Shown piece by piece: positions 1 to 13,361 of a DNA stretch of 64,000 nt. Position 1 is the stretch's first letter. Each line of letters starts with the position of its first letter. Made by a program: the position numbers and the translations under genes. The notes under the pieces were generated by a model that made no database searches, was not told where the DNA came from, and was given only the letters and a program-made list of their open reading frames with translations. The DNA comes from Octopus vulgaris (taxonomy: Eukaryota): NCBI GenBank assembly GCA_951406725.2, contig OX597842.1:18972001-19036000 (forward strand), read 5' to 3'.

Positions 1-288
1 AACAGTAGATAGATTAAAATAATAAGCGAGTATTGAGATCGATAGTATCAACTAACCTCGCTGTTTCACAAACTTGCTCAACTGTCATAAAATTGTTAGC
101 ATGCCGGACAAAATTCTTAGCAGCATTTCATCCGTTTTTAGATTCTGAGCTCAAATTTCACCTTTCTCATTTCGAGATCGATAAAATAAGTTACAATGCA
201 TTCGACTAATCAATTCCCTCAAAATTTCATGCCTTGTGCCAATAGAGGAAAGCTCTATTATTATTAATATTATTATGAGTTAATCATG

Positions 289-500
289 AAGGCAGCAAGC
301 TGGCAGAATCGTTAGCAAGACAGGTAAAATTCTTTGCAGCATTCCGTCAAATTGAGTTCAAATTCCGCGGAGGGCGAACTTTCCTTTTATCCTTTCTGGA
401 TCGATTAAATAAATACCAGTTGAGTACTGGGGTCGATGTAATCGACTTACCCACCTCCCCGAAATTGTTGGCCTCATGCAAACATTTGAAACCATTAATA
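289..500 (+). mobile_element. SINE family C, degenerate copy; an older copy lies at ~85-250
   Basis: ggcagcaagctggcagaatcgttagc...gagttcaaattcc...gtcgatgtaatcgactt, matching copies at 9063, 49830, 53101 and 63590. Confidence 0.7.
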
Positions 501-740
501 TGACGTAATGATAATGTGATGAATTGGCTAAAACCTCGAAGGAAATTCCTTTTCTATATTAAAAGACGTGTTTTTGAGATTTCTGTTGAAATTTCAGTGG
601 GGTTTATTCTAATGTTTATCCGTCTGTGATCTATAATGCAAAGCAGTAATCGAGGACTGACATCTATACCTGACCCAGGTAAAATAATATATATTCGAGG
701 CCATACATCAGTGTGAGATATTATTTTATTTTTGTTGTAG

Positions 741-882
741 GCAGTGGCAGCTCTCTTACACTACTTCCTCCTGACATCGTTCCTGTGGATGATTGTAGAA
801 GCAATTCATATTTATCGAGGCCTGTTTGTATTCAAAACCATTCGGTCATCATTTATCAAGAAGAGTTCAATTTTGGTCTGGA
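741..882 (+). CDS. Adhesion/secretin-family (7tm_2) GPCR, internal exon encoding TM3 to start of TM4; upstream exons lie outside the window
   Basis: Acceptor tttgttgtag|GCA. Translation AVAALLHYFLLTSFLWMIVEAIHIYRGLFVFKTIRSSFIKKSSILVW contains the class-B2 TM3 motif LHYFLL.SF.WM.VEA. Donor A|gtatgt, phase 1. Confidence 0.9.
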
Positions 883-965
883 GTATGTATAATGTCTTTT
901 TTCTCATTACGTACCAAATTTCGTCTCACTTCCACAGGCACACACACATTCTCTCTCTCTTTCCC

Positions 966-1257
966 TATCATTAATTTCCTATTTCTTTGTAGCTGTTGGC
1001 TAGACAAGACAGCTTTCTATTCTGCTTTCCTGGCTCCCGTGGCCATAATTCTCCTCTTCAACATCACTATGTTTTTTGTCGTTATGTGGCATCTTAACTC
1101 AATGCAAAATGACAAGAAATCTGTACACAACACAAAAAAATACGTGTTTTTGGCATCGTAGGTTTATGTTTCCTACTTGGATTGCCCTGGGTCTTAGCAT
1201 TTTTCGCTTTTGATGAAGCTGCAGAAGTGTTTCATCACCTCTTTGCCATCTTCAATC
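966..1257 (+). pseudogene. Duplicated, frameshifted, truncated copy of the TM5-TM7 exon (with its acceptor) inside the upstream intron
   Basis: Near-identical to ~8576-8867. 1-nt loss at the A-run near 1140 (aaaaaaatacgtg vs aaaaaaaagacgtg). Ends in (CTAT)n. Phase incompatible with exon 741-882. Confidence 0.85.
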
Positions 1258-1409
1258 TATCTATCTATCTACCTCAGTACTTATATTTTCGAACAAGAGG
1301 GTTTAGCGTTCCCACTCAGCACAAAATATTATCTGTGTATCGCGGTTTCTGTGTTACTTCTCTCCGTCAGCACATGCAAATGGTTGCTGGCAGTTTTCTA
1401 GCTAGATTC

Positions 1410-1682
1410 CTTTGAAACTTCTCGAGTGGTTTACGTGGAACTTTTTCAATGACGGTCTTTAATTGACCATCATCAATAAGAGATGGGTGTCCACTACGCT
1501 TGCGATCCTCAAGATTCAGCTCTCCACTACCAAATCGTTTAAATAATTTTCGAGTTGATCACTCACTGGTCATTTCCTCACCAAACTTTTCATTGATATC
1601 GCGAGCATTTTCGGCCGCTTTACGTCCTTTTTTTGAAGTTTAATAGCAAAATTGCTCGAATATCGGTCTTGGACTGGTCCAT
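1410..1682 (-). mobile_element. Degenerate mariner transposase N-terminal (HTH) remnant
   Basis: Minus-strand reading MDQSKTDIRAILLLNFKK-GRKAAENARDINEKFGEE...FGSGELNLEDRKRSGHPS, with a stop and a frameshift; resembles Mos1/Hsmar1 N-termini. Confidence 0.7.
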
Positions 1683-2700
1683 TTCAGATGATTGTAAAAC
1701 CGGCGAAAACTATATCATATTAATTTTACACATATATTGTCTGAGTTGAAGTGTTATATTTGAGAATTTGTTCATTGGAAAATGTTTACTTATTGGTTTC
1801 ATTGAACCAAAAGTGGTGAAAGAAAGAATGAACTTCCATGAGATTTGAACCCTACATTATTTCATTAAATTTGTTATGAAGACAGTACATAGATTGGGTA
1901 GCTTTGCGGGCTGGACAAGACATTGACGAGATGAATGATAATGATACAAAGATGATAAGGATGAGAGAAGACAGAAATCGCCTGCCGACCCTCTGCTTCT
2001 CTATAACATTGATCTTTAACAATACATTACATGAGGCAATGAACCTCTTACAATTCGTCTAAAATGACAACAATAGTAATCATTATAAATATATATACAT
2101 ATTTCGGCGCTAAGCCTATTCTTCTTCGCCCCCGACCAGGCTGTAAACTGCCCATAGGTACTGCTCCGGACCCCGGTCGGGGTCCCAAAAATCGACTCTA
2201 AACAAGTCCTTCGTATAGGAGCCCGATACCCAGTAGGTGTTCAGTTTACTTTTCTCCGTTCAAGAATCATTATTGAAAAGCATCTAGGGCAGTGCTTTAT
2301 GTCCTTAATTCTCTGTATTATTATCAATCTTATAATATTTAAAAACAATTTTCAGGCTTCGGATTAAATTCCTGCTGCTTAAAAACAACCACAGTCTAGA
2401 TTGCCGATGTCTCTCAATAAAATCAAGGCTTATAAACCCAAGAGCATTATGTCCCGGATTGTTGTTGTTGTTTACCACTTATTCGGCCCTGATCAGGCAG
2501 ACCTATAATTGAGGACATTCAATCAGTATATCAAACACTGCAGTGTCCAGTCTATGTTTCATCTTTTAAGATTTTAGGACGGGTTTTAAAGAAATTTAGC
2601 TGCTATTTCCAGCACACTGAAGACAGTAGACAGGTTTAGATTTCTGTTAGGAGGGATTAAATCCCCGACAGCTTAGATATTGTAGTATTACAGTAGTATA

Positions 2701-2865
2701 GGCGCAGGAGTGGCTGTGTGGTAAGTAGCTTGTTTACCAACCACATGGTTCCGGGTTCAATCCCACTGCGTGGCACCTTGGGCAAGTGGCTTCTACTATA
2801 GCCTCGGGCCGACCAAAGCCTTGTGAGTGGATTTGGTAGACGTAAACTGAAAGAAGCCCGTCGTA

Positions 2866-2923
<58 letters not shown>

Positions 2924-3140
2924 TGTGTGTGTTTATGTGTCTGTGTTTGACCCCTAGCATTGCTTGACAACCAATGCTGGTGTGTTTATGTCCCCGTTAC
3001 CTAGCGGTTCGGCAAAAGAGACCGATAGAATAAGTACTGGGCTTAGAAAGAATAAGTCCTGGAGTCGATTTGCTTGACTAAAGGCGGTGCTCCAGCATGG
3101 CCGCAGTCAAATGACTGAAACAAGTAAAAGAGTAAAAAAA
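2701..3140 (+). mobile_element. tRNA-derived SINE family A, full length, with internal (TA)n/(TG)n and (AAAAGAGT)n tail
   Basis: A-box-like TGGCTGTGTGGT and B-box GGTTCAATCCC; more than 20 related copies or fragments in the window. Confidence 0.9.
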
Positions 3141-3523
3141 GAGTGTAATGTACGTAAATGCCTATGTGATGTTGGCTGAGTTTATATAATTGGCTGAAAG
3201 TGGAATAAGATATTAAACGATGATGCAGAGCAATGGTAACACGGATTGTTTTTGTTCGGTGAACTCAGATCTGAAGTATTCTTACGTAACGTTCCCTATT
3301 TATAAAAGTTAGATGAAATGAAAGGAGAACACATAGACTTAAAGTCATTAAGAAATAATCTTATTTCTCATTCACTCGGCCTTCTCATTTCAATAATTTT
3401 GACTTTAGATCAGCCCTACGAATTTATAAACAGAAACATTCTTCACATAACAATCTGCCTTTTTCAGACATGATTTGTCGTAGTTTGTATTATCCAATCT
3501 GTCCTTTTTAAAGAGAATACAGT

Positions 3524-3904
3524 GGATGGAAGCACTCCGTCGGTTACGACGACGAGGGTTCCGGTTGATCCGAATCAACAGAACAGCCTGCTCGTGAAAT
3601 TAACGTGTAAGTGGCTGAGCACTCCGCAGATACGTGTACCCTTAACGTAGTTCTCGGGAAGATTCAGCGTGACACAGAGAGTGACAAGGCTGAAATACAG
3701 GTACAATAGAAACAGGAAGTAAGAGTGAGAGAAAGTTGTGGTGAAAGAGTACAGCAGGGATCACCACCATCCCCTGTCGGAGCCTCGTGGAGCTTTAGGT
3801 GTTTTCGCTCAATAAACACTCACAACGCCCGGTCTGGGAATCGAAACCGCGATCCTATGACCGCGAGTCCGCTGCCCTAACCACTGGGCCATTGCGCCTC
3901 CACT
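3524..3904 (-). mobile_element. tRNA-derived SINE family B with 12-bp target-site duplication
   Basis: Minus-strand head ggaggcgcaatggcccagtggttagggcagcggactcgcgg...gtttcgattccc. TSD agagaatacagt at 3512-3523 and 3905-3916. Confidence 0.88.
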
Positions 3905-4431
3905 AGAGAATACAGTATTATTCCAGGGATATATAGCAGCAGAACCAATGACAATATAGGAGCTCCTCCGTCATGATAATATTTGTGCTTCTTTCGTGAC
4001 TGGAGAAAATTCAATTTATACCAGATCTTGGAGAGTGTCCCAACGAAATCAACGTGGAAGAGGAAATATTGATAAGGGCAGAAATTGGGTATTATCTTTT
4101 ACTCGAGAAACAGCAGACTCAGCCAACAATAAATGCAGATGACCAATTAGATCCTTATTAGAAATGTAGTATGCTAAACAATCATGATCTCAGCTTGAAT
4201 AAACTGGTAATTTGGAGAGATGTGAAAGTAATTGAAGTGAGATGTAAATATGGGGATACAAAAGTGCATGAAATAAAATATTTACACATTCGTAAGAAAC
4301 GAAAATTACAAAGAAAGAAATTTCCAGGTTAAGTCATTAGAGCAACCTAAAATTACATTTTCATTGAAATAGTTTCACTCCGATCTCATCTCTGAGATTT
4401 ACTCATTTTGCATTTTCAACTGCACTTTCAA

Positions 4432-5135
4432 GTGCAGGAGTGTCTGTGTGGTAAGTAGCTTGCTAACCAACCACATGGTTCCGGGTTCAGTACCACTGCG
4501 TGGCATCTTGGGCAAGTGTCTTCTGCTATAGCCCCGGGCCAACCAAAGCCTTGTGAGTGGATTTGGTAGATGGAAACTGAAAGAAGCTTGTCGTATATAT
4601 GTATATATATATATGTATGTGTGCGTGTATGTTTGTGTGTCTGTGTTTGTCCCCCTAGCATTGCTTGACAACCGATGCTGGTGTGTTTATGTCCCCGTTA
4701 CTTAGCGGTTCGGCAAAAGAGACCGATAAAATAAGTACTAGGCTTACAAAGAATAAGTCGCGGGGTCGAGTTCCTCGATTAAAGGCGGTGCTCCAGCATG
4801 CCCGCTGTCAAATGACTGAAACAAGTAAAAGAGTAAAAGAGTATATATATGTATGTCTGTGTATGTGATTGTGTGTCTGTGCTTGTCCCCCTAGCATTGC
4901 TTGACAACCGATGCTGGTGTGTTTATGTCCCCGTTACATAGCGGTTCGGCAAAAGAGACCGATAAAATAAGTACTGGGCTTAAAAAGAATAAGTCCTGGG
5001 GTCGATTTGCTCGACTAAAGGCGGTGCTCCAGCATGGCCGCAGTCAAATGACTGAAACAAGTAAAAGAGTATATATTTGTATGTCTGTGTATGTCTGTAA
5101 TGACTGAAACAAGTAAAAGAGTAAAGAGTAAAGAG
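4432..5135 (+). mobile_element. SINE family A with tandemly duplicated 3' half
   Basis: Full copy ~4432-4842, followed by a second 3' half at ~4870-5068 and an extra tail. Confidence 0.85.
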
Positions 5136-5440
5136 TAAGTGAACTGCTGCAAGTAATTTATTAGTTGGTGCATTCAGTGAGTGAAGTTAGTGAAAAGAAG
5201 TTAGTGAGACAGAATTTTTGTTGTCTTCCTTTTAGTTTAGTCTTTTCACCATTGTCCAGAGCATCCAGTAATTTTTACTCTTTTTTTCCACCTGAAACAG
5301 TTGATAGAATCGAAATTTTATGTTAGTCATAAGTATTCCTAAAAACCACAGGAGTAAATGTCAAAGAGTGATACGAAATGAAATATTGATTTCTTCTGGA
5401 CAAAACACAATAAACTACATTGATTCAAATTTCATATCTC

Positions 5441-5858
5441 TTTTTACTCTTTACTCTTTTACTCGTTTCAGTCATTTGACTGCGGCCATGCTGGAGCACC
5501 GCCTTTAATCGATGAACTCGACTCCGGGACTTATTCTTTTGTAAGCCCGGTACTTATTCTATCGGTGTCTTTTGCCGAACCGCTCAGTAACGGGGACATA
5601 AACACACCAGCATCGGTTGTCAAGCAATGCTAGGGGGACAAACACACACACATAAACATATACACTCACATACATATATATATATACATATATACGACAG
5701 GCTTCTTTCAGTTTCCATCTACCAAATCCACTCACAAGGCTTTGGTCGGTCCGGGGCTATAGTAGAAGACACTTGCCCAAGGTGCCATGCAGTGGGACTG
5801 AACCCGGAACCATGTGGTTGGTAAGCAAGCTACTTCACCACACAGCCACTCCTGCGCC
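5441..5858 (-). mobile_element. SINE family A
   Basis: Reverse complement of 2701-3140. Confidence 0.88.
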
Positions 5859-5931
5859 TCATATATTTATAATTATAAATTTTCATTAACATCTACATAT
5901 GTTTATTCCTTTCTGTAACTATCGTTGTCAG

Positions 5932-6004
5932 GTCTTCCAGCAGTCATTGTCGTGATTACTCTGGCTATTAGGAACACAAAAAATTACATCAAAATTGAAC
6001 AAGG
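5932..6004 (+). CDS. Adhesion GPCR exon, TM4-ECL2
   Basis: Acceptor ttgtcag|GT, phase-compatible with the previous exon. Gives (S)LPAVIVVITLAIRNTKNYIKIEQ(G). Donor GG|gtaagt, phase 2. Confidence 0.85.
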
Positions 6005-6179
6005 GTAAGTATTTATATATTTACTGGCCTAATTTTCTCTGGTCTTCACAGCTAATATTTATGCGTTCAATATTATAGAATAATTTCTAATATTAGCATG
6101 GGAAGAAAAACTTAATTTGTTATTAATACAATATGTTCTATATTATATAATAATTAAATTGAAATAAATACTATCTTTG

Positions 6180-7002
6180 TGGAAGCGTAATGCCCCAATG
6201 CTTAGGGCAGCGGACTCGTGGTCGTAGTATCGCGGTTTCGATTCCCAGACCGGGCATTGTGAGTATTTATTGAGCAAAAGCACCTAAAGCTCCACGACGC
6301 TCCGGCAGGGGTGAGTAAGCTGCCATCGAGATAAAGCTACGGCATTGATTCTTGGTAGCTATACACTGATAATGTTTATTTTCTTTCCGTGTATCCCACC
6401 TTTCAGATCACTAAGACTGTATATGTAGTCAGTGTTACTGACGCATAACTTAAAAAAAATATGGGGGTTAAATAACATACAAAAATAAAACTAAAGATAG
6501 TATATGGTGACCCCCTTCGGTCATGAATGACCATGGGATTGCACCTAGAGAGTTACCCTCCGAGGCACAAGTCTGGGCAAAGTTGTTTATGGAGGACCAG
6601 CAGTCGCCCATAATACCAGCCTCTCCTCTCCACGCCACCGATGTTATCCAAGGGAAAGGCAAAGGTCATACAGCTTGGCACCAGCGACGTCGCAGCTCAT
6701 ATATTAACGTGCAAGTGGCTGAGCACTCCACAGATACGTGTACCCTTAACGTAGTTCTCAGGGAGATTCAGCGTGACACAGAGTGTGACAAGGCTGGCTC
6801 CTTTGAAATACAGATACAACAGAAACAGGAGGAAAGAGCGAGAGAAAGTTGTGGTGAAAGAGAACAGCAGGGTTCACCCTCACTTCCCCCTGCCGGAGCC
6901 TCGTGGAACTTTAGGTGTTTTTGCTCAATACGGTCTGGGAATCGAAACCGTGATACTACGACCACGAGTCCGCTGCCCTAACCACTGGGGCATTACGCCT
7001 CC
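6180..7002. mobile_element. SINE cluster: family B head (+, ~6180-6310), family D 3' part (-, ~6506-6700) joined to family B (-, ~6700-7002)
   Basis: Matches to 3524-3904 and 10284-10612. Confidence 0.75.
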
Positions 7003-8602
7003 ACAAAGATAGTATTTATTTCAATTTAATTATTATATAATATAGAACATATTGTGTTAATAACAAATTAAGTTTTTCTTCCCATGCTAATATTAGAAAT
7101 TCTTGAAAAATACCAAAACGCTGGAGATATTACTACAAACAGCTGTGACTGAAATTGCTCAAAGCAATCGGGTGCCTTTTCTTTTAACATCGCAGGTATC
7201 AATGAGGCTGACAGTTCTAAGTCTTTGAATCACTATATCTACTTTGTATGCATGTATATATTTGTTTTTATACGTGTGTTTGTGAATTTATGTGTTTGTG
7301 TGTATGTGTGTGTGTGTGTGTGTGTCTGTGTCCGTGTCGGTGTTTGGTGTAATAGTAGTTTTCGATAGGATGAGCAAAAATACGATCGAATCAATGAGAG
7401 AAATATTATTGAATAAATACTCAAAAATTTCATACTCGAAGAGAACAAAATTCAGTCGCGTTCATATAAGGGTTACGGTGTACGATCCCGTAATCATCCA
7501 AGCTCATGTAACTCGACTGCTCAATGAGAATATACAATAAAGTTCATGATGAAATGAATTGAGTTCAAGGGGAATAATCCTCGCCTCGGAAGCTACCTTG
7601 TGTATCTGATGAAAAACCGTCCGTTTGAGAGGCAAAAGTGCAGTGATATATCATTAATGATATGTGTGTGTGTGTTTATGGCAAGGAATGATATGATGAG
7701 TCATGTTTTGAAAACACGTGTCAATGCTAAGCTTATAAGCTTTCAGTATTCAAGTATGGTGTCAAAGCCAAGACTGAAGCAGTAGTATTTGAATAGGAGA
7801 TAGCCTAATGTTTGTCTAAGCCGGTGAGTGAAATGGCTTCCTCCAATTTGAAAACAGAAAAGTCCTGGGGTCGATTTGCTCGACTTAAAAGGCGATGCTC
7901 CAGCATGGCCACAGTCAAATGACTGAAACAAGTAAAAAGAGTAAAAAAAAAAGAGGCTGGGACATCAGTCGCTAAATTATATGAAGCAATTAGATGTGGT
8001 ATTTCGACCTATGTGATCGAAATGGTACTAGAGCATTTCTTCATTTTGAAACAGAAAATTTTCCTTCTCAGAGCTAAGGCCCGTGTGTAAATGTGTGAAG
8101 CAATGAAAGTCATTCGATAGGTACGAGTGGCAGAGATGCAATGTGACACCAAATACACACCATACAGTGTGATGTGTACAACTTTTAGCGGCACTTCCAT
8201 CCACTGTTTGGTGCACTCGTAGATTCGGAGGCGGGAGTAAACTCTATTTCCTAACTTGATGGCCTACCGCGGCCCTCGGCGGATGATGCTGGGTGCAGCA
8301 AAATTCAATAACAACAGTTGAGATACAGAAACCCTTGAGCGACTGTACGGGGTGTAAATCGCCTTTTGGGGCTGATCTACACAACGAGTTTTGTGTAGAT
8401 ATGTCAGGCATGTTCGCCGATGTCGTCGCGGTTGTCTACTCCAACTGACATCAGAACGGAAGCATTCCCAGTTTTGTAAGCTGTACAATAGCAATCTTAG
8501 TAAGGGAAGACGCGAACATGGATGGAGTGTGTAATCGAAAATTTCCAGCACATGATTCTACTTAACACAAAGATTTATCATTAATTTTCTATTTCTTTGT
8601 AG

Positions 8603-8988
8603 CTGTTGGCTAGACAAGACAGCTTTCTATTCTGCTTTCCTGGCTCCCGTGGCCATAATTCTCCTCTTCAACATCACTATGTTTTTTGTCGTTATGTGGC
8701 ATCTCAACTCAATGCAAAATGACAAGAAATCTGTACACAACACAAAAAAAAGACGTGTTTTTGGCATCGTAGGTTTATGTTTCCTACTTGGATTGCCCTG
8801 GGTCTTAGCATTTTTCGCTTTTGATGAAGCTGCAGAAGTGTTTCACCTTCTTTTTAATATCTTCAATACCCTTCAAGGAATGTTCATCTTCGTATGCTAC
8901 TGTATATACAAAAAAGATACCAGAGATGTCATTTGCCTCTTTGTACGTAAACGAAAAGAATGGAGGCAAGTTCAGGAGAATATAAGAA
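8603..8988 (+). CDS. Adhesion GPCR exon, ECL2-TM5-TM6-TM7-helix 8
   Basis: Acceptor ctttgtag|C. Translation CWLDKTAFYSAFLAPVAIILLFNITMF...LLGLPWVLAFF...FNTLQGMFIFVCYC contains the CWL, LLG.PW and N.LQG.FIF motifs. Donor A|gtaagt, phase 1. Confidence 0.92.
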
Positions 8989-9062
8989 GTAAGTGTAATT
9001 TGGTCTCTTTTATACTTTTATACCAGCGCAATCGATATTCGCATGATGTTACTATCAATATC

Positions 9063-9447
9063 TATTTCTTTACTACCCACAAGGGGCTAAACACAGAGAG
9101 GACAAACAAGGACAGACAAACGGATTAAGTCGATTACATCGATCCCAGTGCGTAACTGGTACTTATTTAATCGACCCCGAAAGGATGAACGGCAAAGTCG
9201 ACCTCGGCGGAATTTGAACTCACAACGTAACGGCAGACGAAACACAGAGAGGACAAACAAGGACAGACAAACGGATTAAGTCGATTACATCGACCCCAGT
9301 GCGTAACTGGTACTTATTTAATCGACCACGAAAGGATGAAAGGCAAAGTCGACCTCGGCGGAATTTGAACTCAGAACGTAACGGCAGACGAAATACGGCT
9401 ACGCATTTCGCCCGGCGTGCTAACGATTCTGCCAGTTCGCCGCCTAT
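9063..9447 (-). mobile_element. SINE family C with internal duplication and 16-bp TSD
   Basis: TSD tgttactatcaatatc on both sides; 3' segment duplicated internally. Confidence 0.85.
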
Positions 9448-10180
9448 TGTTACTATCAATATCATCACTCTGGGGATAGACATCATCGTAAATATCAACT
9501 CTACAGTCTTCATCATCATCATCATCAACATCATCAACATCATCATCATCATCATCATCATCATCATTATCACATTATATATTCTGTACTCTCACTATAT
9601 ACCTCTCGTTGAGAAATTTAGAAATAATAAAGACTTTATTTAGAAAATCAGTGATTATGTATCACATTGAAAACAATATATTTTTGAACGAGAATATGGC
9701 AGCGCCACCCTCGGTCGAGGATTTATTCTGTGTCGAGGAAGAGAAATAGCCGAGTATTTCTATCTGAAAAAAGGCTAAAATATTACAGCGAAATTGATGC
9801 AACAGCACGTGTTGCTTCCCTTGGATAGATTTTTGTGTCGTCTTCCACTCCTTTTCGTTTCATACTAATTCCGACAATAAAAGACTGAAGACTATAATGT
9901 CATACAGTGTATATTAATTTTACAGAACATTAGAAAAATAAGTATTATAGTTTCAATTTTGTTTCTATAATTTTTTAAGGGAAGCATTGCTTCTCTTGCT
10001 TCACACCTATGATATATATATCTCTCTATATATATATATATATATATATCATAATATATGATATATCGATATCGACATGGGGTCGAGAATTAAACAAACA
10101 CAGACCGTCTAGGACGCAACTATATATATATATATATATCACTTTATAGTTATTTCAAAACCTGAGCAACGCCGGCGATA

Positions 10181-10612
<432 letters not shown>

Positions 10613-10613
10613 C

Positions 10614-10756
<143 letters not shown>

Positions 10757-10758
10757 CA

Positions 10759-11165
10759 GATATGTTTCTTTATTAGCCACACAGGGCTGCACACAGACAT
10801 GACAAATTACAAGGTAGAGCTTTGTTTTTGTAATTTGTCCTGTCTGTGTGCAGCCCTCTGTGGCTAATAAAGAAACATATCTATATATCTATCTATCTAT
10901 ATATCTATCTATCCATCCATCCATATGTAGATAGATAGATAAGTTTCTTTATTGGCCACACAGGGCTGCACACAGATGGGACAAATTACAAGGTAGAGCT
11001 TTTCATTTGGGGGATGAAAAAACAAAAAACAAAAGAAACACAAAAAAAGTGGCGTAGGGTTTCGATCAAAAGGGATCGTAAAAGGGAAAAAAGAGAAAAA
11101 AAAGAGAAAAAGAAAAAAGGAAAAAAAGGAAAAAAAACAAAAGCAAAGAAAAAGGAAAAAAGAAA
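10759..11165. repeat. Three copies (two forming an inverted pair) of a LINE-like 3' tail within (ATAG)n microsatellite
   Basis: gtttctttattagccacacagggctgcacacaga at ~10765 and ~10943, inverted at ~10828-10881; AATAAA then (ATCT)n tail on the element strand. Confidence 0.65.
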
Positions 11166-11189
11166 AGATAGATATATAGATAGATAGAT

Positions 11190-11220
<31 letters not shown>

Positions 11221-11996
11221 CATACGTTTATGTGTGTGTGTATGTGTGTGTGTGTGTAGGTACATACACGAGGGAAGAAACGAATGAACGTAGCAGTCAG
11301 CGCATTGGAGTTTTGGAGTTACACATCAAATGTGGGAGTCAGCCAAACTGTTCTTAATTCTTGTGCGAGTGCACGCGCACCTGTGTGTGCGCGTATGTCT
11401 ATGTATAGTAAACAATAAAGAGTGAATAGCTGAAAACATCACTACACGTTTCAATAGCATGGTTATTTATCTCTAAATCATTGTGCCTTACATAATACAT
11501 TATGTAAATCCCTATATCAAAATTGTCGCGAAAAACATTTCCTCACTCAGACGCCGAAATACAATCAATATTCGAAGATGGAGATATTTATAAACAAACA
11601 GAATGAAATAATAATTTTGAAATTGGGATGGATAAATTAAAGCCAACGACCAATCAAACTGCACGATTCAAAAGGCAATTGAATTAATGCATACGTATGC
11701 AATTTACTAAGAGAGATTTTATGGTCAGTTATACCGGTTAATGCCCTGCAAAATACCGGTTTAATGCCCTGCAATAAAGCGGTATTCCCAGTATACGTCA
11801 GCTTCCAAAGTAACCGGCAGAACACGTCTGTTCTTAGGATAACTGATCAAAAAGACAATTCGTAGCTTTAAGTGGCATATGTGATATACATCATACATAT
11901 CAATATATACGCACACATTTGCCAAATAAGTATTCATTCAGTGGTCTAAAAAAATTAAACCACAAATACAGAATGAATAAATATAAATACAGCTAT

Positions 11997-12415
11997 AGGC
12001 GCAGGAGTGGCTGTGTGGTAAGTAGCTTGCTTACCAACCACATGGTTCCGGGTTCAGTCCCACTGCGTGACACCTTAGGCAAGTGTCTTCTGCTATAGCC
12101 CCGGGCCGACCAAAGCCTTGTGAGTGGATTTGGTAGATGGAAACTGAAAGAAGCCTGTCGTATATATGTATATATATATGTGTATATGTGTATGTGTGTG
12201 TGTTTGTGTGTGTGTGTGTTTGTCCCCCTAGCATTGCTTGACAACCGATGCTGGTGTGTTTACGTCCCCGTCACTTAGCGGTTCGGCAAAAGAGACCGAT
12301 AGAATAAGTACTGGGCTTACAAAGAATAAGTCCCGGGGTCGATTTGCTCGACTAAAGGCGGTGCTCCTGCATGGCCGCAGTCAAATGACTGAAACAAGTA
12401 AAAAAGAGTAAAAAG
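11997..12415 (+). mobile_element. SINE family A
   Basis: Matches 2701-3140. Confidence 0.88.
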
Positions 12416-12755
12416 AGAGACCCACGTAAATTATATACTCAACCAAGCAAGCCTTTAACTGAATAGAGCTAAACAGTCCATCTGTTTTTATATAAAGTCG
12501 CGTAGTTGTTCTGGAAAATGAACCAATTATTTGCTGACATCTTACAGCGTACTCCCGAAAATTATTATTGCCTGTGAGTGTAATTACTCTTTTCAATATA
12601 AATCTTGTTGTTCAACCCTACTTATTCTTTAGTAACATTATTTTCTCTTGTGAGAAAAGAGTTGATGGCAATTGTTGCTGTGTATAATATTTATGGTTAT
12701 GAATTATTGACTTGAAAAATTAATATTCATATAGTTTTTTTCATTATGTTTCCAG

Positions 12756-12847
12756 GTTCAGTCTCCGATTATGGAATGGGAGGTATAAAAAGCAGAAACG
12801 ACCTTTCGAATGAAAATCAAGAAAAATTCCTCAAGACTAGTCGTTGA
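12756..12847 (+). CDS. Adhesion GPCR putative terminal coding exon (cytoplasmic tail)
   Basis: Acceptor tttccag|GT, phase-compatible. Gives (S)SVSDYGMGGIKSRNDLSNENQEKFLKTSR then TGA TGA. AATAAA at ~13260. Intervening small exons cannot be excluded. Confidence 0.65.
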
Positions 12848-13305
12848 TGATATTTTACGTCAAAATTCTAAATATTCTTATATTACATTAAACTAAGCAA
12901 ATATATCCAAGCCGCCTATTTCATATTAAATTTTTTGCTTTCTCAAATAATCTGCAAAATATATACGCTTGTGTGTGTCTGTGAGAGTGTGTGCGTGTGT
13001 GTGTGTGTTTGTGAGTCTTCAAGAGTCACCTTTGATCATATTTTGCCTCAACTTTTCTTCTTATATTACATTAAACGCACGTCCATATAGCGTAGCTTTA
13101 TTTTTTGCCTATTGATACAACACTATGCAACTAAGAGACTCTTTAATCCGCAATAATCTAATTTTAAAAGAAGCTACATTCAAGACTATTGGCTGAAACC
13201 TAAATTCTGAAAATATTCCTAAAATCTCTTTCAATGTAATATTTTGTTTTGTTTTTCTGAATAAAGTGGTTTGTTACTACAGCTTTTCTGAAATTCCGGT
13301 TAATC

Positions 13306-13358
<53 letters not shown>

Positions 13359-13361
<3 letters not shown>

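Noticed and set aside
2701-2780. tRNA genes at SINE heads
   Set aside because: A and B boxes are present but continue into SINE bodies and tails in many copies; no complete cloverleaf.
7605-7632. CTGATGA motifs here and at ~22918
   Set aside because: No downstream GAAA, stem III or stem I partner.
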